DNA of 64,000 nucleotides, taken from assembly GCA_963850905.1 (NCBI GenBank), contig CAWKMU010000003.1, forward strand, positions 3,552,001-3,616,000. The letters run 5' to 3'. Made by a program: the position numbers and the translations under genes. The notes below the pieces were generated by a model. It did no database searches. It was not told the origin of the DNA and saw only the letters and a list, made by a program, of their open reading frames with translations. This DNA is from an uncultured Gemmatimonadales bacterium. Lineage in GTDB: Bacteria; Gemmatimonadota; Gemmatimonadetes; Gemmatimonadales; Gemmatimonadaceae. Of the stretch, positions 9,151 through 20,796 are shown in pieces (position 1 is the stretch's first letter; every line of letters starts with the position of its first letter).

Positions 9151-9816
9151 ATGAAGATCTTCATAGCGACAGCATCGACGCGGGACGTGGAATGGGCGGC
9201 GGAAGCAGGCCTGGCCGATGGCGTGGTCGTGCCACCGTCGCTCTTGCGCGAAGTCGCGGGCCACGCCGGTGAGCGCGCCCTGCTCGCGGACATTTGCAAA
9301 ACCACGCCGCTGCCGGTGTGCGCCTCTGTCGGATCCGTCATGGCCGCAGACATTTATCGGGACGGCCGCGAGCTCGCCAAGATCTCGGACCAGATCCTGG
9401 TCCAGGTGCCGCTGGTGGAGGATGCCGTGCCCGCGATTCGCCGTCTGCGCGCAGATGGCGTGCGGGCAGTTGCGACGCTGATCTTTGGAACCGCGCAGGC
9501 CGTCCTGGCCGCGAAAGCGGGCGCGTTCATGGTGCAGGTCGACGTCGATCAGCTCGACGCGATTGGCGAGGATGGCGCAGCGATTGTCCAGGACGTGCGC
9601 GCCGTGTTCGCCGCGCACGCCGTCGGTTGTGACGTCGCAGCATCCATGCCTCGCAACAGCACGCAATTCGCACGCTGCGCCAGAGCGGGGGCCGACGTGG
9701 TCGCGGTGACGACTGACGTGCTCCGTTCATTGTTGTTGCATCCGCTCACAGATCGCGGACTCGACCAGTTGCTGCGCGACCTGAGTGCGCATGTGCCCGC
9801 CCGAGCCACGGTATAG
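9151..9816 (+). CDS. Transaldolase/FSA-fold protein lacking catalytic residues
   Basis: Length and pattern match TalC/FSA (MKIFI.TA, DGV..PSL, TLIF...QA.LAAKAGA, HPLTDRGL), but the catalytic motifs are substituted. Confidence 0.8.
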   Translation: MKIFIATASTRDVEWAAEAGLADGVVVPPSLLREVAGHAGERALLADICKTTPLPVCASVGSVMAADIYRDGRELAKISDQILVQVPLVEDAVPAIRRLRADGVRAVATLIFGTAQAVLAAKAGAFMVQVDVDQLDAIGEDGAAIVQDVRAVFAAHAVGCDVAASMPRNSTQFARCARAGADVVAVTTDVLRSLLLHPLTDRGLDQLLRDLSAHVPARATV

Positions 9817-9824
9817 GCCGACGC

Positions 9825-11330
9825 ATGAGGCTCAACCATCTGCTCGTTCTTGCGACCGCCGTGCTGGTGTGCGGGTGCCGGTCGCGCGCCGCGGCGCCCG
9901 CGAGCAGTGCCGGGTTCGTCGCAGACCCGATCGACCAGGACACGGGCCGGGCCGCATCGCTGGCTGCGCCGTCGGCGAACGACACGGGGGGATTGGCCAC
10001 GGCACCGCGCACGGATTCACACTCCGTGCATCTGAGTCCGGCCGCTCGGAACGCGCTCGCCATGCGCCGAACGCCGATCACCGACGCCGTCGCGCGAGTC
10101 GCCCCGGCGGTCGTGACGGTGCAGACGCAGGCGGTCACGCACTCGTCCGATCCATTCGACACGTTCTTTGGCGGCGGAGGGGATCGGACCACGCAGGGGC
10201 TTGGCTCGGGATTCATCGTCCGGCCGGATGGCGTCATCGTCACCAACGCACACGTCGTGAGCGGCGCGACATCCGTCAACGTCGCACTCCGCGACGGGAC
10301 GACCTATCCGGCAAAGGTCGTTGGCGTCGACGAAGTGAACGACCTCGCGGTCTTGCGCATCAACGCCCAGCACCTAACCGTGGCAACGCTCGGGAATTCC
10401 GACGATCTGCTCATTGGCGAATGGGCCATCGCGATCGGGAATCCGTACGGCTTCTTCCTTGGAAACACCGAGCCGAGTGTGACCGCCGGCGTGATCAGCG
10501 GAACGGGGCGCAATCTCGTCGGCCAGGCCGAGGGCAATGGCGTCTACGTCGACATGATTCAGACGGACGCGGCGATCAATCCGGGCAACTCGGGCGGCCC
10601 GCTCGTCAACGCGATGGGTGAGGTGATCGGGGTCAATAGCTCGATCTACACACCGAGCGGCGGGTCCGTCGGCCTGGGGTTTGCCATCCCGATCAACCGC
10701 GCCAAGCGCGTGACCGAGGACTTGCTCGCGCACGGCGCCGTCCGCCGCCCGTGGATCGGCGTGACACCCCAGTTGAGCGAATCCAGCAACCCGCGCGACT
10801 TGCTCACCGGCGGCGTGACGGTGCGCACGGTCGCTCCGGGGTCGCCGGCGGCCCGTGCCGGGATCGTGCCCGGCGACATGATCGTCCAGTCCCGCGGACG
10901 CCCGATGCACAACCCGTACGACTGGGAAGCCGAGCTGCTCGACATGCGCGTCGGCGAAACCGTTTCCCTTCTGATCCGCCGCGGCACGCGCGAATTCACG
11001 GACACGGTGCAGGTCTCCGACCTGCCGGACGTCGCGGCGCCGAAAGTCGAAGTCCTCAAGGAGCTGCAACTCGTGACGTTGACGCCCGCCATCCGGGCGG
11101 AGCGCAGCGTGCGAAGCACGCATGGCGCCGTGATCTACAGTGTGACCCCACGCGTCTCCGACGAGTTGGGGATCCGATCCGGTGACGTGATTCTCCAGGT
11201 CAATCGCACACCCGTGGCGAGCGCGGACCAGGCGGCCCGGGCGCTGAACTACTACTCCGGTCGCGGCCTCATCCGGATGTACTTCGAGCATAACGGCCAG
11301 GTGTTCACGACGGACTTCAACATCCAATGA
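9825..11330 (+). CDS. htrA: HtrA/DegP serine protease with two PDZ domains, predicted lipoprotein
   Basis: TNAHVV, DLAVL, QTDAAINPGNSGGPL; lipobox-like LVCGC. Confidence 0.92.
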   Translation: MRLNHLLVLATAVLVCGCRSRAAAPASSAGFVADPIDQDTGRAASLAAPSANDTGGLATAPRTDSHSVHLSPAARNALAMRRTPITDAVARVAPAVVTVQTQAVTHSSDPFDTFFGGGGDRTTQGLGSGFIVRPDGVIVTNAHVVSGATSVNVALRDGTTYPAKVVGVDEVNDLAVLRINAQHLTVATLGNSDDLLIGEWAIAIGNPYGFFLGNTEPSVTAGVISGTGRNLVGQAEGNGVYVDMIQTDAAINPGNSGGPLVNAMGEVIGVNSSIYTPSGGSVGLGFAIPINRAKRVTEDLLAHGAVRRPWIGVTPQLSESSNPRDLLTGGVTVRTVAPGSPAARAGIVPGDMIVQSRGRPMHNPYDWEAELLDMRVGETVSLLIRRGTREFTDTVQVSDLPDVAAPKVEVLKELQLVTLTPAIRAERSVRSTHGAVIYSVTPRVSDELGIRSGDVILQVNRTPVASADQAARALNYYSGRGLIRMYFEHNGQVFTTDFNIQ

Positions 11331-12808
11331 GCGCGCACGACGCGCTCGAATCGGCGCGCGCCGCTGGGGACGCTCAGTCGGGCTACGTCTCCCCACTCGC
11401 GGAGCGGTACGCGTCGCCCGACATGCTGGCGCTGTGGTCGCCGCGGACACGCCACGGGCTGTGGCGGCGCATCTGGCTGGCGTTGGCCGAAGCCGAGCGG
11501 GAGTTGGGGGCCGACGTGCCGGCAACGGCGATTGCCGAGATGCGGGCACATCTCGATGACATCGACTTCGCCGCGGTCCGCGCCTACGAGAAGCGTTTCC
11601 GCCATGATGTCATGGCACACGTGCACGCGTTCGCCGACGTCGCGCCGGCCGCGCGACGCGTGATCCATCTGGGTGCGACCAGCGCGGACATCACGGACAA
11701 TGCGGACCTGATCCAGGTGCGGATGGGCCTCGAGATCCTGCGGTCGCGTGTGGTACGCGTCCTTCGGCTGCTCGCCGCGTTCGCCGAGCGATGGCGTGCC
11801 GAGCCCACCCTGGGGTACACGCATCTGCAGCCAGCCCAACTCACGACCGTCGGAAAACGCGCGACGCTCTGGATGCAGGACCTGGTGCTCGACCTGGAGG
11901 ACCTCGATCACTGCCACGCGACGCTCCCGTTTCGCGGTATCAAAGGCACAACCGGCACACAGGGGAGTTACCTCGAGCTCTTTCGCGGAGATCACGCGCG
12001 CGTGCGCGAGCTGGACCAGCGCGTCACCCGGGCCCTGGGGTTCACCGACAGCCTGGCCGTCACCGGGCAGACGTATTCGCGCAAGCTCGACGCGCGCGTG
12101 CTGGCCGTCATCGCGGGGATCACCGCGAGCGCATCGAAGTTCAGCGGTGACATCCGATTGTTGCAGGCGTTCGGAGAGATCGAAGAACCGTTCGAGCAGG
12201 ACCAGGTCGGCTCATCTGCTATGGCGTACAAGCGCAACCCGATGCGGTCCGAGCGCATCGCATCACTGGCGCGTTTCGTCCAATCGCTCGAGCCCAATGC
12301 CAACCAGACACACAGCGTGCAATACTTCGAGCGCACCCTGGACGACAGCGCCAACCGGCGCCTCGTGCTCCCGGAAAGCTTTCTCGCCGCCGACGCCATC
12401 CTGTTGCTCATGGCCAACGTGTCCGCCGGTCTGGAGGTGCATCCCGCGCGGATTCGCCGGCGGGTCGAGGACGAGTTGCCATTCATGGCCACGGAAGAGC
12501 TGATCGTTCGGGCGGTGCGAGCGGGCGGCGACCGGCAGGCGACCCACGAGACGATCCGCCGCCACAGTCTCGCGGCGGCCGCGGCGCTCAAGGCCGGGGC
12601 GGCCCGCAACGACATGCTGGATCGCTTGGCGTCCGACCCGTCGTTCCCGATGAACGCGGACGACCTGAGGGTCCTGCCTCTCGACCCACACCGTTTCGTC
12701 GGACGGGCCGGCGAGCAGGTCGATGATTTTCTGCGCGACGTCGTCGGACCAATTCTCGCGACCGGCGACGGCGTCACGACGGCGCTCGAAGAACACGTAC
12801 GAGTCTGA
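11327..12808 (+). CDS. purB: Adenylosuccinate lyase
   Basis: RHDVMAH, HLGATS, THLQPAQ, GSSAMAYKRNP. Confidence 0.95.
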   Translation: MSAHDALESARAAGDAQSGYVSPLAERYASPDMLALWSPRTRHGLWRRIWLALAEAERELGADVPATAIAEMRAHLDDIDFAAVRAYEKRFRHDVMAHVHAFADVAPAARRVIHLGATSADITDNADLIQVRMGLEILRSRVVRVLRLLAAFAERWRAEPTLGYTHLQPAQLTTVGKRATLWMQDLVLDLEDLDHCHATLPFRGIKGTTGTQGSYLELFRGDHARVRELDQRVTRALGFTDSLAVTGQTYSRKLDARVLAVIAGITASASKFSGDIRLLQAFGEIEEPFEQDQVGSSAMAYKRNPMRSERIASLARFVQSLEPNANQTHSVQYFERTLDDSANRRLVLPESFLAADAILLLMANVSAGLEVHPARIRRRVEDELPFMATEELIVRAVRAGGDRQATHETIRRHSLAAAAALKAGAARNDMLDRLASDPSFPMNADDLRVLPLDPHRFVGRAGEQVDDFLRDVVGPILATGDGVTTALEEHVRV

Positions 12809-12811
12809 TCA

Positions 12812-13783
12812 ATGAGAGAGTCTCCACACGCAAACCGTGATGTCGTGAGCCACCCGATCCGAGAGACGTACCTGCCACTGCCATTGCTCCGCCAGGGCAA
12901 GGTGCGTGACGTGTATGAGGTCGATGCCGATCGCTTGCTGCTCGTGGCGAGCGACCGCATCAGCGCCTTCGACGTGGTCATGCGCGAGCCGGTGCCACAC
13001 AAGGGCGCCGTGCTCACCCAGCTGACCGCGTGGTGGCTGCGCCAACTGGCGAGCGATGTGCCCCACCACCTGATCAGCGCTGACCCCGACGCGATCGTCG
13101 CGGCGGTGCCCGTGTTGGCTCCGGCCCGATCGGCCTTGGTGGGCCGCGCGATGCTCGTGCACCGTACGACGGTGTTCCCCATCGAGTGCGTCATGCGTGG
13201 CTACATCTCGGGGTCGGCCTGGAAGGAGTACGTGGCGGGCGTGCCCGTCGCTGGTCACCGGCTCTCGGCCGGCCTGCGCGAGAGTGATCGCCTGGATCCG
13301 CCGCTGTTCACGCCCGCGACGAAGGCGGAAAGCGGGCACGACGAAAACATCACGACCGACGAGATGGCGAAGCGCATCGGACGACCGGTCACGCAGGAGC
13401 TGGAGCGGTTGACCCGATTGATCTACGAGCGCGGCCGCACGGAGGCCGCGGGGCGCGGCATTCTGATCGCGGACACCAAGTTGGAGTTCGGGCGCACGGG
13501 CGAGCGCATTCTGCTCATCGATGAGGTGTTGACGCCCGACAGCTCGCGGTTCTGGCCCGCCGATGCGTATGCACCGGGCCGGACGCAGGCGAGCTTCGAC
13601 AAGCAGCCGCTGCGGGATTACCTGGACGACGAGCGCCGCGCCGGCCGCTGGAACGGAGATGCGCCGGCCCCTGTGTTGCCGCCGGAGGTGGTCCGAGCCA
13701 CGAGTGCGCGGTACCTGGAGGCGTTTCGGCGACTGACCGGCGCGCCGCTGGCGCCGGGTGTCGGCGGGCCGGCGGTCGCGTGA
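12812..13783 (+). CDS. purC: SAICAR synthetase
   Basis: [44 protein letters not shown]. Confidence 0.96.
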   Translation: MRESPHANRDVVSHPIRETYLPLPLLRQGKVRDVYEVDADRLLLVASDRISAFDVVMREPVPHKGAVLTQLTAWWLRQLASDVPHHLISADPDAIVAAVPVLAPARSALVGRAMLVHRTTVFPIECVMRGYISGSAWKEYVAGVPVAGHRLSAGLRESDRLDPPLFTPATKAESGHDENITTDEMAKRIGRPVTQELERLTRLIYERGRTEAAGRGILIADTKLEFGRTGERILLIDEVLTPDSSRFWPADAYAPGRTQASFDKQPLRDYLDDERRAGRWNGDAPAPVLPPEVVRATSARYLEAFRRLTGAPLAPGVGGPAVA

Positions 13784-14436
13784 GCTTCGCGCGCGAAGGA
13801 TACGTCTATATGCTGGGGGCAGCCGCAGTCGCCGCCGCGCTGCTCGCGACAGCCCTCGTCCGCCGATCGTGGGCCCTGTGGGTCGCGGCGTTCATCTGCG
13901 TGGTGATTGCGCTCTGGGTCGCGTATTTCTTTCGAGACCCCGAGCGGCACGGTGACCGCGGCGAGCGGTTTGTCGTCTCTCCGGCCGATGGCCGGGTGGC
14001 CATGATCGCCACGGTCGATGAGCCGCTCTTTCTCCGCGGACGCGCCTCCCGCATCTCCGTGTTCATGAACGTCTTCAATGTGCATGTCAACCGATATCCG
14101 CTCGACGGAGTGATTCGGTACATGCACTACAATCCCGGCAAGTTCCTCAACGCGGCGCATGAGAAAGCCAGTCTGGACAACGAACAGCAGTCCGTTGGCA
14201 TCGAGACGGCCGACGGTCGGCGGCGCCTCGTGGTACGCCAGATCGCGGGCCTCATCGCCCGACGCATCGCGACCTACGGAGCGGTCGGCGACGCCGTTAC
14301 GCAGGGTGATCGCATGGGAATCATTCGCTTCGGCTCGCGGGTCGATGTGTTCATCGCACCGGAAGCGGTCATCAAGGTGAGCGTCGGCCAACGCGTGCTC
14401 GCCGGCGTCACGGTGCTCGCAGAGCTGCCAGCGTGA
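13780..14436 (+). CDS. psd: Phosphatidylserine decarboxylase proenzyme
   Basis: [35 protein letters not shown] self-cleavage motif. Confidence 0.93.
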   Translation: MSFAREGYVYMLGAAAVAAALLATALVRRSWALWVAAFICVVIALWVAYFFRDPERHGDRGERFVVSPADGRVAMIATVDEPLFLRGRASRISVFMNVFNVHVNRYPLDGVIRYMHYNPGKFLNAAHEKASLDNEQQSVGIETADGRRRLVVRQIAGLIARRIATYGAVGDAVTQGDRMGIIRFGSRVDVFIAPEAVIKVSVGQRVLAGVTVLAELPA

Positions 14437-14470
14437 TGCGGCCGCGCACCCCGCTGGTGACGAGGACATC

Positions 14471-15418
14471 GTGATCCCGGTCCGCAGGCTTGTCGCGCGC
14501 CGGCTCCGGCGCTCCGACGTCCGGCGGGCCGCGCCGGCGCTGCCCAATGGGTTCACCCTTGGCAATCTCTTTTTTGGCATCTTCGCGATCGTGTCCGCCT
14601 CGCGCGGACAGTTCGCCCACGCGGTCCTCTACGTCGTCCTCGGCGGCGTCTGCGATGGCTTCGATGGCCGGATCGCGCGCGCCACCGGCACGGGCAGCCG
14701 GTTCGGCGTCGAGCTGGATTCGCTCGTCGATGCGATCTCGTTCGGGCTCGCGCCCGCCATGATCATCTACTTCTCCGTGCTGGACCGGGAAGGCGGCGCG
14801 TGGTGGCTGCTCGTGTTTCTGTTCACCGCCTGCGCCGTCATCCGGCTCGCCAGGTTCAACGTGACCCAGGCGGGAACGGCCAAGCGACACTTCCAGGGAC
14901 TGCCGAGCCCCGCGGCCGGGGTGACGCTGGCGACTTACTACTGGTTCAGCCAGAGTGCCCTGTACACCCAGACGGCGATCGCGGATCTGCCGTGGCCGGA
15001 CGTGATGAAGATCCTCATGGGCGTCCTGTCCATCCTGATGATCACAAATGTCCCGTACCCGGTCTTCCCCAAGGTCGGCGTGCGGAGTTGGAGCGCGGTC
15101 GGCGGACTCGTTGTCGTAGTGGGCGCGATTTGCGGTATATTTATTTATGGCCGTGAGTTCTTCTTTCCCGCAGGCATGGCGTACGTGCTCTACGGGCTCG
15201 TCAAGACGTTCGTCCTCGGCCTGGCGGATCGCATCCCCACGGGCGGCGACATGGACGAAGACCGCGCGGAGGATGACGACGACGCGCTCGTCACACGCCG
15301 CGGACGCGACGTGGTCGTCGGTCGCCGCCGGCGCCAGCATCGACGCCGCCGCGGCCTCCTGCCGACGCCCGGTGCCGGCAATCGCGCCGCGGAAGCGGAT
15401 GGAGTGCGCGACGGCTGA
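14471..15418 (+). CDS. pssA: CDP-diacylglycerol--serine O-phosphatidyltransferase
   Basis: LPNGFTLGN, CDP-alcohol phosphotransferase motif DGFDGRIAR...G.ELDSLVD, RLARFN; follows psd. Confidence 0.92.
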   Translation: MIPVRRLVARRLRRSDVRRAAPALPNGFTLGNLFFGIFAIVSASRGQFAHAVLYVVLGGVCDGFDGRIARATGTGSRFGVELDSLVDAISFGLAPAMIIYFSVLDREGGAWWLLVFLFTACAVIRLARFNVTQAGTAKRHFQGLPSPAAGVTLATYYWFSQSALYTQTAIADLPWPDVMKILMGVLSILMITNVPYPVFPKVGVRSWSAVGGLVVVVGAICGIFIYGREFFFPAGMAYVLYGLVKTFVLGLADRIPTGGDMDEDRAEDDDDALVTRRGRDVVVGRRRRQHRRRRGLLPTPGAGNRAAEADGVRDG

Positions 15419-15473
15419 TCGAGGCATCTCCGCGAGACGGAGACGCCCGCGTGGTGCGGGCGGACGCCGCCTG

Positions 15474-15728
15474 ATGCGCTATCGAGTCGCCATCCACATT
15501 CTGCCCCGCGAGGGCATTCTCGATCCACAGGGACACGCCGTGGCCGACGCGCTGCAGACACTGGGCTTCGGTGGCGTTCGCGATGTGCGGATCGGACGAC
15601 ATGTCGTCGTCGACACGGATGCGGAGACGCCGGAGGCAGCGACGGAGGCCGTCCGCGCGATGTGCGGTCGCCTGCTCGCCAATCCGGTGATCGAGGACTT
15701 CGAGATCGCGTCCGTCACCGGTACCTGA
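15474..15728 (+). CDS. purS: FGAM synthase subunit PurS
   Basis: ILDPQG, VRIGR, LLANPVIEDF; ATG 15474 lies within ORF 15147..15728. Confidence 0.93.
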   Translation: MRYRVAIHILPREGILDPQGHAVADALQTLGFGGVRDVRIGRHVVVDTDAETPEAATEAVRAMCGRLLANPVIEDFEIASVTGT

Positions 15729-15746
15729 CCCTCGCTCGAGGCCATC

Positions 15747-16439
15747 ATGCGTTTCGGCATCATTACGTTCCCCGGTTCCAACTGTGACACGGACGCGTAT
15801 TACGCGGTCGTGGAAGCGCTGGGCGAGGAAGCCGTGATGCTCTGGCACAAGGACCACGATCTCCAGGGCGTGGATGTGGTGATCCTGCCGGGCGGATTCG
15901 CGCACGGCGACTATCTCCGCGCGGGCGCGATCGCGCGCTTCAGTCCCATCATGCGCGAGGTCGCAGCCCACGCCGGCCGCGGGGGCCGCGTGTTGGCCAT
16001 CTGCAACGGATTCCAGATCGCCTGCGAGGCGGGATTGCTCCCCGGCGCGCTTGTGCGCAACGGGGGCCAATCCTACATCTGCGATCAGATCCGGGTCCGC
16101 GTCGAGAATGCCGATACCACGTTCACCAACGCATATCCGGCGGGGGCAGTGCTCCGCATGCCGATCGCGCACGGCGACGGGCGCTTCGTCGCCGATCGCC
16201 CAATCCTCGACGCACTCGAGAATGAAGGCCGCGTCGTCTTTCGCTACGTCGACGCAGCAGGTGTCGTGTCTCCGGAGGGAAATCCGAATGGATCGACGCG
16301 TGCGATCGCAGGCATCATCAACAGTGCAGGCAACGTGCTGGGCCTCATGCCACACCCCGAGCGAGTCGTCGACCCGATCCTCGGGCCCCCGGATGGGCTG
16401 CCGCTGTTCGAGTCGCTCGTCGCACGAGTGGCCGCGTAG
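15747..16439 (+). CDS. purQ: FGAM synthase glutaminase subunit PurQ
   Basis: FPGSNCD, PGGF..GDYLR, ICNGFQ, MPHPER. Confidence 0.96.
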   Translation: MRFGIITFPGSNCDTDAYYAVVEALGEEAVMLWHKDHDLQGVDVVILPGGFAHGDYLRAGAIARFSPIMREVAAHAGRGGRVLAICNGFQIACEAGLLPGALVRNGGQSYICDQIRVRVENADTTFTNAYPAGAVLRMPIAHGDGRFVADRPILDALENEGRVVFRYVDAAGVVSPEGNPNGSTRAIAGIINSAGNVLGLMPHPERVVDPILGPPDGLPLFESLVARVAA

Positions 16440-16440
16440 G

Positions 16441-17003
16441 ATGCGGTCGCTCCACTCGCCTCGGATACGTCGCACGGCATCGCGCTGATCGCGCTGTCGC
16501 TCCCGCTCACGGCTACCTGGGCCCTCGCGCAGGCGCCGGCGGCCGTCGCCATCGATCCGGGCATGACGCGAGACGAGGTAGTGGCGCGGCTGGGGACGCC
16601 GAGCGGCGAGAGTCACGCGGGATCCTTCACCTATCTCTTCTACGACAACGGCTGTGCCGCGCGCTGCGGGATCGATGACGTCGTCGTCCTCGAGAGGGAC
16701 ATCGTCACGGACGCCATTTTCCGCTCGCCGAAGCGTGCCTTCACCGGTGTCAGCTCCTCACCCCAGGAGCTCTCAGCAGCGCCGGGCGATCAGTTCGGGC
16801 CGCAGCCGTTACGGGCGAGCACCAGCGATGACAGCGCCCATCGCGGTGGCATCGTCTTCGCGCAGCCGCACCCGATTGCCCAGCCGCCCCGCTACGTCCG
16901 CATCATCCCCAATCGGGCAGACTCGGCTCGGATGGCGCAACCGAGCGCCGGCGCCGCAGCGTCGGCGACGGGAACCGATTCGGCCGCGACGACCCCGCAC
17001 TGA
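16441..17003 (+). CDS. Small exported hypothetical protein with a BamE/SmpA-like motif (probable 5' frameshift)
   Basis: GMTRDEVVARLGTP preceded in frame by signal-like IALIALSLPLTATWALAQA; the ATG at 16441 is one base out of frame. Confidence 0.55.
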
Positions 17004-17006
17004 TCC

Positions 17007-19343
17007 GTGGCGCAACGACCCGCAGGCCCTCAGCCCAGATTGGGCGATCCGGTAATTACTCCGGCGCTCGTCGCCGAGCACGGGCTGACACCCGATGAGT
17101 TCGACCGCGTCGTGCGCATGCTTGGACGTCAACCGACGTTCACCGAGCTTGGCATCGTGAGCGCGCTGTGGAGTGAGCACTGCTCGTACAAGCACTCGCG
17201 ACCGCTCCTCAAGTCCCTGCCCACCAAGGCTCCCTACGTCCTCCAGGGACCCGGCGAGAACGCGGGGGTCATCGCGGTTGGCGATGGCCTCGCGGTCGCC
17301 TTCAAGATCGAGTCGCACAATCATCCGTCGGCGGTCGAACCCTACCAGGGCGCCGCGACGGGCGTCGGCGGCATCCTGCGTGATGTGTTCACGATGGGCG
17401 CGCGCCCCATCGCGATGCTCAATTCGCTGCGCTTCGGCAGCCTGGATGATCCGCGCGTGCGATATCTGTTCGCCGGCGTCGTGCGCGGCATCGGCGACTA
17501 CGGCAACTGTGTGGGTGTGCCAACAGTGGCGGGCGAGGTCGTGTTTGATCCGGCGTACGCCGGCAACCCGCTCGTCAACGCGATGTGCGTCGGTGTCCTG
17601 CACGAGTCCGAGCTCATTCGCGCCAAAGCTGAAGGCGTCGGCAACCCCATCATCGCAGTGGGCGCCCGCACCGGGCGCGACGGGATCCATGGAGCATCAT
17701 TCGCCTCCGAAGACCTGTCGGCCGCGACGCGATGCCAAGCGACCCCGCGTCCAGGTGGGTGACCCGTTCACGGAGAAGCTGCTGCTCGAGGCCAGCCTCG
17801 AGCTGATCCTGAGCGGGCACATCGTCGCGATTCAGGACATGGGAGCTGCCGGCCTGACGTCGTCCTCCGCAGAGATGGCGGCGCGCGGCGACGTCGGCGT
17901 CACGATCGACGTCACGAAGGTGCCCGTGCGCGAAACCGGGATGACGCCCTACGAGATCCTGCTCAGCGAGTCGCAGGAGCGCATGCTGGTCGTCGCGCGC
18001 CGCGGGCATGAAGACGCCGTTCGCGCCATCCTCGCCAAGTGGGACCTCGCCGCCGCGGTGATCGGGTCGGTCATCGCGGAGCCCGTGTATCGTGTGACAG
18101 AAGGCGAACGGGTCGTTGCGGAGTTCCCGGGGTCGCAGCCTGGTCACCGATTGCCCGAGCTATACGCCCGACGCACGCGAAGACGAGCAGATCGTCGCGG
18201 CACGCGAGATGGACGTCTCGGCCGTCCAGCCTCGCCCCGAGGAGCGCGACCCCACCTGGACGCTCCTCGCACTGCTGTCGTCGCCGACGATCGCGAGCAA
18301 GGCCTGGGTCACGCGCCAGTACGACACATCGGTTCGTACGAGCACCGTCGTAGCGCCCGGGGGTGGCGACGCGGCCGTCGTGCGGCTGCGCGGAACTGAG
18401 CGGGCGCTTGCGCATCAAGACCGACGGCAATGGTCGCTACACCTATCTCGACCCGCGTGCCGGTGGCCGCATCGCCGTCGCGGAGGCAGCGCGCAACGTC
18501 GCCTGCGTGGGCGCCCGGCCCATGGCCATCACAAACTGCCTGAACTTCGGCAACCCGACCCGGCCTGAGGTCTACTACCAGCTGCGCGAGGCGATCGCCG
18601 GGATGGGGGAGGCCTGTCGGGCGCTCGGCACACCGGTGACTGGCGGCAACGTTTCGCTGTACAACGAGAGCCCGGCCGGCGCCGTGTATCCCACCCCGGT
18701 GATCGGGATGGTCGGACTCATCGACTCGGTGTCGCCACGTGACGCGCAGCGCGTTCCCCTCGGACGCCGATGTCGCGATCGTGCTGCTCGGGGAGCCGAC
18801 CGCAGAATTGGGCGGGAGCGAGTACCTCGCGCGGATCCACGGCGTCGTGGGAGGTCATCCGCCCGCATGCGACGTGGACGCCGAACGGGCCCTGATCGAG
18901 ACCGCTGCTCGCCGCCGGGCATGGCGGCCTGGTCTGCTCGGCACACGATGTGAGCGACGGTGGCCTGGCGGTTGCGCTGGCCGAGTGCTGCGTTGGGAAT
19001 CGAGAGCGCGTCGTGGGCGCCGACATCGACCTGTCCGCGTGGGCAACCCTGCCGCTTGCCGCGCTGCTGTTCGGCGAGGGGCAGGGGCGGATCGTCGTGT
19101 CCACCACCGACGTCGCCGGCCGTCCTGCAGCTGGCACGCGAGCACGCAGTGCCGGCGCGCGCGATCGGGACGACCCGAGCGCAGTCGAAGGAGCTGCGCA
19201 TCGTCGCCGGAGCGACGACGCTTCACGCATCGATCGCGGCCATGGTCGAGGCGTATTACGACGCGATTCCGCGCGTGATGACGGGATCAGCCGCCGTCAT
19301 TCGTGCGAGCGAGGAGCCAAGCCCGGCCGAGTCGTTCGTGTAG
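17007..19343 (+). CDS. purL: FGAM synthase subunit PurL (multiple frameshifts)
   Basis: [47 protein letters not shown] and SDGGL are spread over about six consecutive ORF fragments. Confidence 0.92.
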
Positions 19344-19388
19344 TCGACTACGTTTCCTATCCGATCCACTGATCCGGTCCACTGACCC

Positions 19389-20777
19389 ATGTGTGGCATT
19401 GTCGGCATCTACGGACACCCCGACGCCGTGGAACTGACGCGACTCGGGCTCTACTCCCTCCAGCATCGCGGGCAGGAGTCGGCTGGGCTCGTCGTCGGTC
19501 GACGGCGAGGGACAGGCCTACGCCGTATCGTGCGCTCGGCCTCGTGTCCGACGGCCTCGATGACGGTGCGCTCGGGCCGATCAGGGGACCCATCGCGATC
19601 GGTCACACGCGCTACAGCACCACGGGATCGACAACCATCGAGAACGCGCAGCCGGCGCTCGCACGGTTTCGCGGTGGACACATCGCGCTGGCACACAACG
19701 GCAACATCACCAACGCGAGCGAACTGCGGATCGCGCTCGAGGACCGGGGCTCGATCTTCAACTCGACGATGGACTCGGAAGTCCTCGTCCACCGGCTCGC
19801 GATGTCGGCGGCCGACACGCCGGCCGACAAGCTCGCCGACGCGCTGCAGGGAGTCGAGGGCGCATACTGTCTCCTGATCTCGATGGGATCGACGCTGCTG
19901 GCCGCGCGAGACCCTCGCGGATGGCGACCGCTCGTGCTCGGGTACGCTCGACGACGCGACGGTGATCGCATCGGAGACGTGCGCGCTGGACATCATGGGC
20001 GCTCGCTACCTGCGCGAGATCGCAGCCCGGGGAGATCCTCGAGCTCTCCGCCAACGGGACGCGTTCGATCTCTCCGCTGCCGCCACTACCACTGCACCGA
20101 TGCGTGTTCGAGCACGTCTACTTCTCCCGGCCGGACAGCATCGTGTTCGGTGGCTCGGTGGAGGCCGCTCGGCGAGCCCTTGGCCGGCGGTTGGCCCAGG
20201 AGTGCCCCGCGCCCGGGGCCGAGCTCGTGTTCAGCGTCCCGGACTCGTCGAACTCGGCGGCGCTGGGGTATGCCGAAGCGTCTGGGCTGCCTTTCGAGTT
20301 CGCGCTCATTCGGAATCACTACGTCGGGCGAACGTTCATCCAGCCCACCCAGGCGGGCCGGGATGCCAAGGTCAAGGTCAAGTACAACGCGGTCCGGACC
20401 TTGCTGGATGGCAAGCGAGTCGTGATGGTCGATGACTCGATTGTCCGCGGGACGACGACAAGGGGCCTGGTGAGCATGATCCGCGTCTGCAGGCGCGCGC
20501 GAGGTGCATATGCGTGTGAGCTCGGCGCCGATCACCGGCCCGTGCTATTACGGCATCGACACACCCAATCGCGAGGAGCTGATCGCGGCGAACCTGACCG
20601 TCGATGAGATCGCGCCAGGACCTCGGTGTCGATTCCCTGGGATACCTGTCGCTGGAAGGCATGCTCGAATCGGTCCCGCAGGGTCCCAAAGGATTCTGCC
20701 ACGCGTGCTTCTCGGGCGACTACCCCACCCCGCCTCCGGCCGACCCGGATAAGCTGCGTTTCGGGTGCGGTTGCTGA
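19389..20777 (+). CDS. purF: Amidophosphoribosyltransferase (multiple frameshifts)
   Basis: [45 protein letters not shown] and CYYGID in successive frames; ends RFGCGC*. Confidence 0.92.
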
Positions 20778-20796
20778 GTTAGCCCACTCCTTGCAA

